From: a candidate division FCPU426 bacterium | Lineage (GTDB): Bacteria; Oederibacteriota; Muellerivitia; Muellerivitales; Muellerivitaceae | Reading direction: 5' to 3' | NCBI GenBank assembly: GCA_963847625.1 | Contig: CAWKAR010000038.1 | Span: 32,001 to 96,000, forward strand | DNA length: 64,000 nucleotides | Shown: in pieces, positions 62,297 through 64,000 of the stretch | Position numbering within the stretch: the stretch's first letter is position 1 | How the letters are laid out: each line of letters opens with the position of its first letter | Notes under the pieces: generated by a model | What the model was told of the DNA's origin: nothing | Databases searched by the model: none | What the model saw: the letters and a program-made list of their open reading frames with translations, nothing else | Translations under genes and position numbers: made by a program

Positions 62297-63589
62297 ATGT
62301 CGAAGGATCAAATTACGTCTGAAATTAACGAGCTTAAAAAAAAATTGGAAGAAAATCCGGATTCATTGGTATTTGCTCTTTTGGCGGATGCTTACCGGAA
62401 ACAAGGAAATTTAAACCAAGCCTATGAGATTTGCCAAAAAGGTCTTCAAAAACATCCTAATTATAACATCGCACAAATTGTACTAGGTAGGATATTTCAG
62501 GAACAAAAAAAGGTGGATGAAGCTTCATCTGAATTCAAAAAAGTACTTGAAGGGGATCCAGAAAATATCATGGCACATTCTCTTTTGGGCTCGCTCCATA
62601 TGGAAAAAAAAGAATATCAGGAAGCAATTGAAGAATATCAAAAAGTTTTAACTTTGAATCCGGACGATGAAAATGCCCCGATTGCTTTAAAAGATGCGAT
62701 TGAAAAAGCAGCAAGTGAACAAAGAAGAAATAACAAAACCATTAAAAAAGAATCCGCGGATGTGAATTCAAATACTTCGACGAAAGAAAGCAATGTCACG
62801 TTAACCCTGGCGGAGCTTTACTTAAAACAGAATCATTTTGATAAGGCGATAGAAGTATTTCAGGAACTATTGGCAAATGATCCTCAGAACCTTATGCTTC
62901 GCCAAAAACTTTCAGAAGCTGTTGAAAGACAACAAAAAGATTCTGCCTTCGGGCCGGTTGTTTCCAAACTAAAGAAAAATGAATTCACGCAACCGCCGGA
63001 TCATAAAGAAGATATCTTAGTAGAAGAATCGAAAACTGAAGGTAAAAAATATTCAAAGAAAAAAGAAGATGATTCCAAGTTTACGAATGAAGATATTCTA
63101 CAAGTTATGAGGCGTGGCAGTAAGGATGACATACTGGTAGAAGAGAAGAATATACCCGACCTTAAAAAAGTTGAACCTTTGCCCGTAACTCAGGAAACCA
63201 TAGAGAAAACTTCAACCACTAAGTGGGACAACAAAAAAAATGGGGAATTAAAGAGTATTTTGGTGGAACTGGGGAGTGTTGATGGAATAATACTTTGTTT
63301 TTTAAGCGATCTGGAAGGAAATCTCGTTGTTTCATTAGGTGAAACGGGTAATAATGCTGCTTTGGGAAAACAAACAAATAACTTATTTGATAGTATCACC
63401 AAATCGGTAAATAAATTAAACCAAGGTTATTCGCAACAAATATTAATAACATCAGATTCAGGCCATATACTGTTGGTATCTTTCCCAGAATTGATTTTAA
63501 TAGTATTGACCAATACTAAAATCAACTTGGGTTATTTGCGACTCACATTAGATTCAGCCAAAAAGAAAATAGATAAAATATTAAAATAG
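62297..63589 (+). CDS. TPR protein with C-terminal roadblock/LC7-like domain
   Basis: PDSLVFALLADAYRK TPRs, TLTLAELYLKQ repeat, C-terminal VDGI..SDLEG...INLGYLRL. Confidence 0.8.
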   Translation: MSKDQITSEINELKKKLEENPDSLVFALLADAYRKQGNLNQAYEICQKGLQKHPNYNIAQIVLGRIFQEQKKVDEASSEFKKVLEGDPENIMAHSLLGSLHMEKKEYQEAIEEYQKVLTLNPDDENAPIALKDAIEKAASEQRRNNKTIKKESADVNSNTSTKESNVTLTLAELYLKQNHFDKAIEVFQELLANDPQNLMLRQKLSEAVERQQKDSAFGPVVSKLKKNEFTQPPDHKEDILVEESKTEGKKYSKKKEDDSKFTNEDILQVMRRGSKDDILVEEKNIPDLKKVEPLPVTQETIEKTSTTKWDNKKNGELKSILVELGSVDGIILCFLSDLEGNLVVSLGETGNNAALGKQTNNLFDSITKSVNKLNQGYSQQILITSDSGHILLVSFPELILIVLTNTKINLGYLRLTLDSAKKKIDKILK

Positions 63590-63642
63590 CGGAAAAGATT
63601 TATTTTTTTGGGGAAAAAGATCTTCCGATTAGGGCTTACACC

Positions 63643-64000
63643 ATGGATTTTAAAAAAATACTAGAAGAAACAATATCAAACGTTGAGGGCGCAATTGGGG
63701 CAGGTTTAGTGGGGATGGATGGAATTGTTATCGATCAAATCTCTCGGAATCCAACATTTGATATTAATGCGGTTGGCGCTGAATATTCCAGCATCATAAA
63801 AAATGCCATGCGGGCTTCCTCTAATTTCGGTTTAGGAAATACAGCTGAAATATTAATTACAACAGATAAGGCAACCATGATCATGATGATGGTCGGCCAG
63901 ACATATTTCATAACACTCGCAATTAACTTGGATGGCAATTTGGGACGAGGAAGGCTGGAGTTGAAAAAAGCCATCCCGAAGTTTGAAAAAGAGTTATCCT
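63643..64000 (+). CDS. Roadblock/LC7 protein (MglC-like), stop codon beyond the window
   Basis: Manual translation MDFKKILEETISNVEGAIGAGLVGMDGIVID...DGNLGRGRLELKKAIPKFEKELS. Confidence 0.85.
   Translation, partial: MDFKKILEETISNVEGAIGAGLVGMDGIVIDQISRNPTFDINAVGAEYSSIIKNAMRASSNFGLGNTAEILITTDKATMIMMMVGQTYFITLAINLDGNLGRGRLELKKAIPKFEKELS

Overview
Chromosomal window from a diderm bacterium (secretin, outer-membrane barrel and heptosyltransferase genes present; taxon cannot be fixed from sequence alone). Left half (1-38 kb): envelope glycosylation/modification genes (YfhO-like and ArnT/PMT-like membrane glycosyltransferases, GT2, GT4, GT9, SAM methyltransferases, B12 radical SAM, UDP-GlcA decarboxylase, AsnB), three NHL-repeat proteins, DksA, LemA-HtpX, a pseudouridine synthase, an aminotransferase, and a hemDE-hemH-hemY heme cluster interrupted by an AT-rich gene and an IS30. 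Right half (38-64 kb): efp-accB-accC-comB-like-thiC, ferredoxin, dnaJ-rsmE-aroE-pilBTC-pilMNOPQ-aroC-aroK-[IS1380]-aroB-TPR/roadblock-MglC-like. No rRNA, tRNA or CRISPR-Cas seen. Most unusual elements: (1) a ~770-bp non-coding array at 16.8-17.6 kb with a 21-22 bp period whose core motif switches block by block, with a recurring 20-bp junction motif; (2) palindromic intergenic repeats that host a nested mini-element with 2-bp target duplications; (3) an IS30 inserted within a start codon that regenerates a GTG start.
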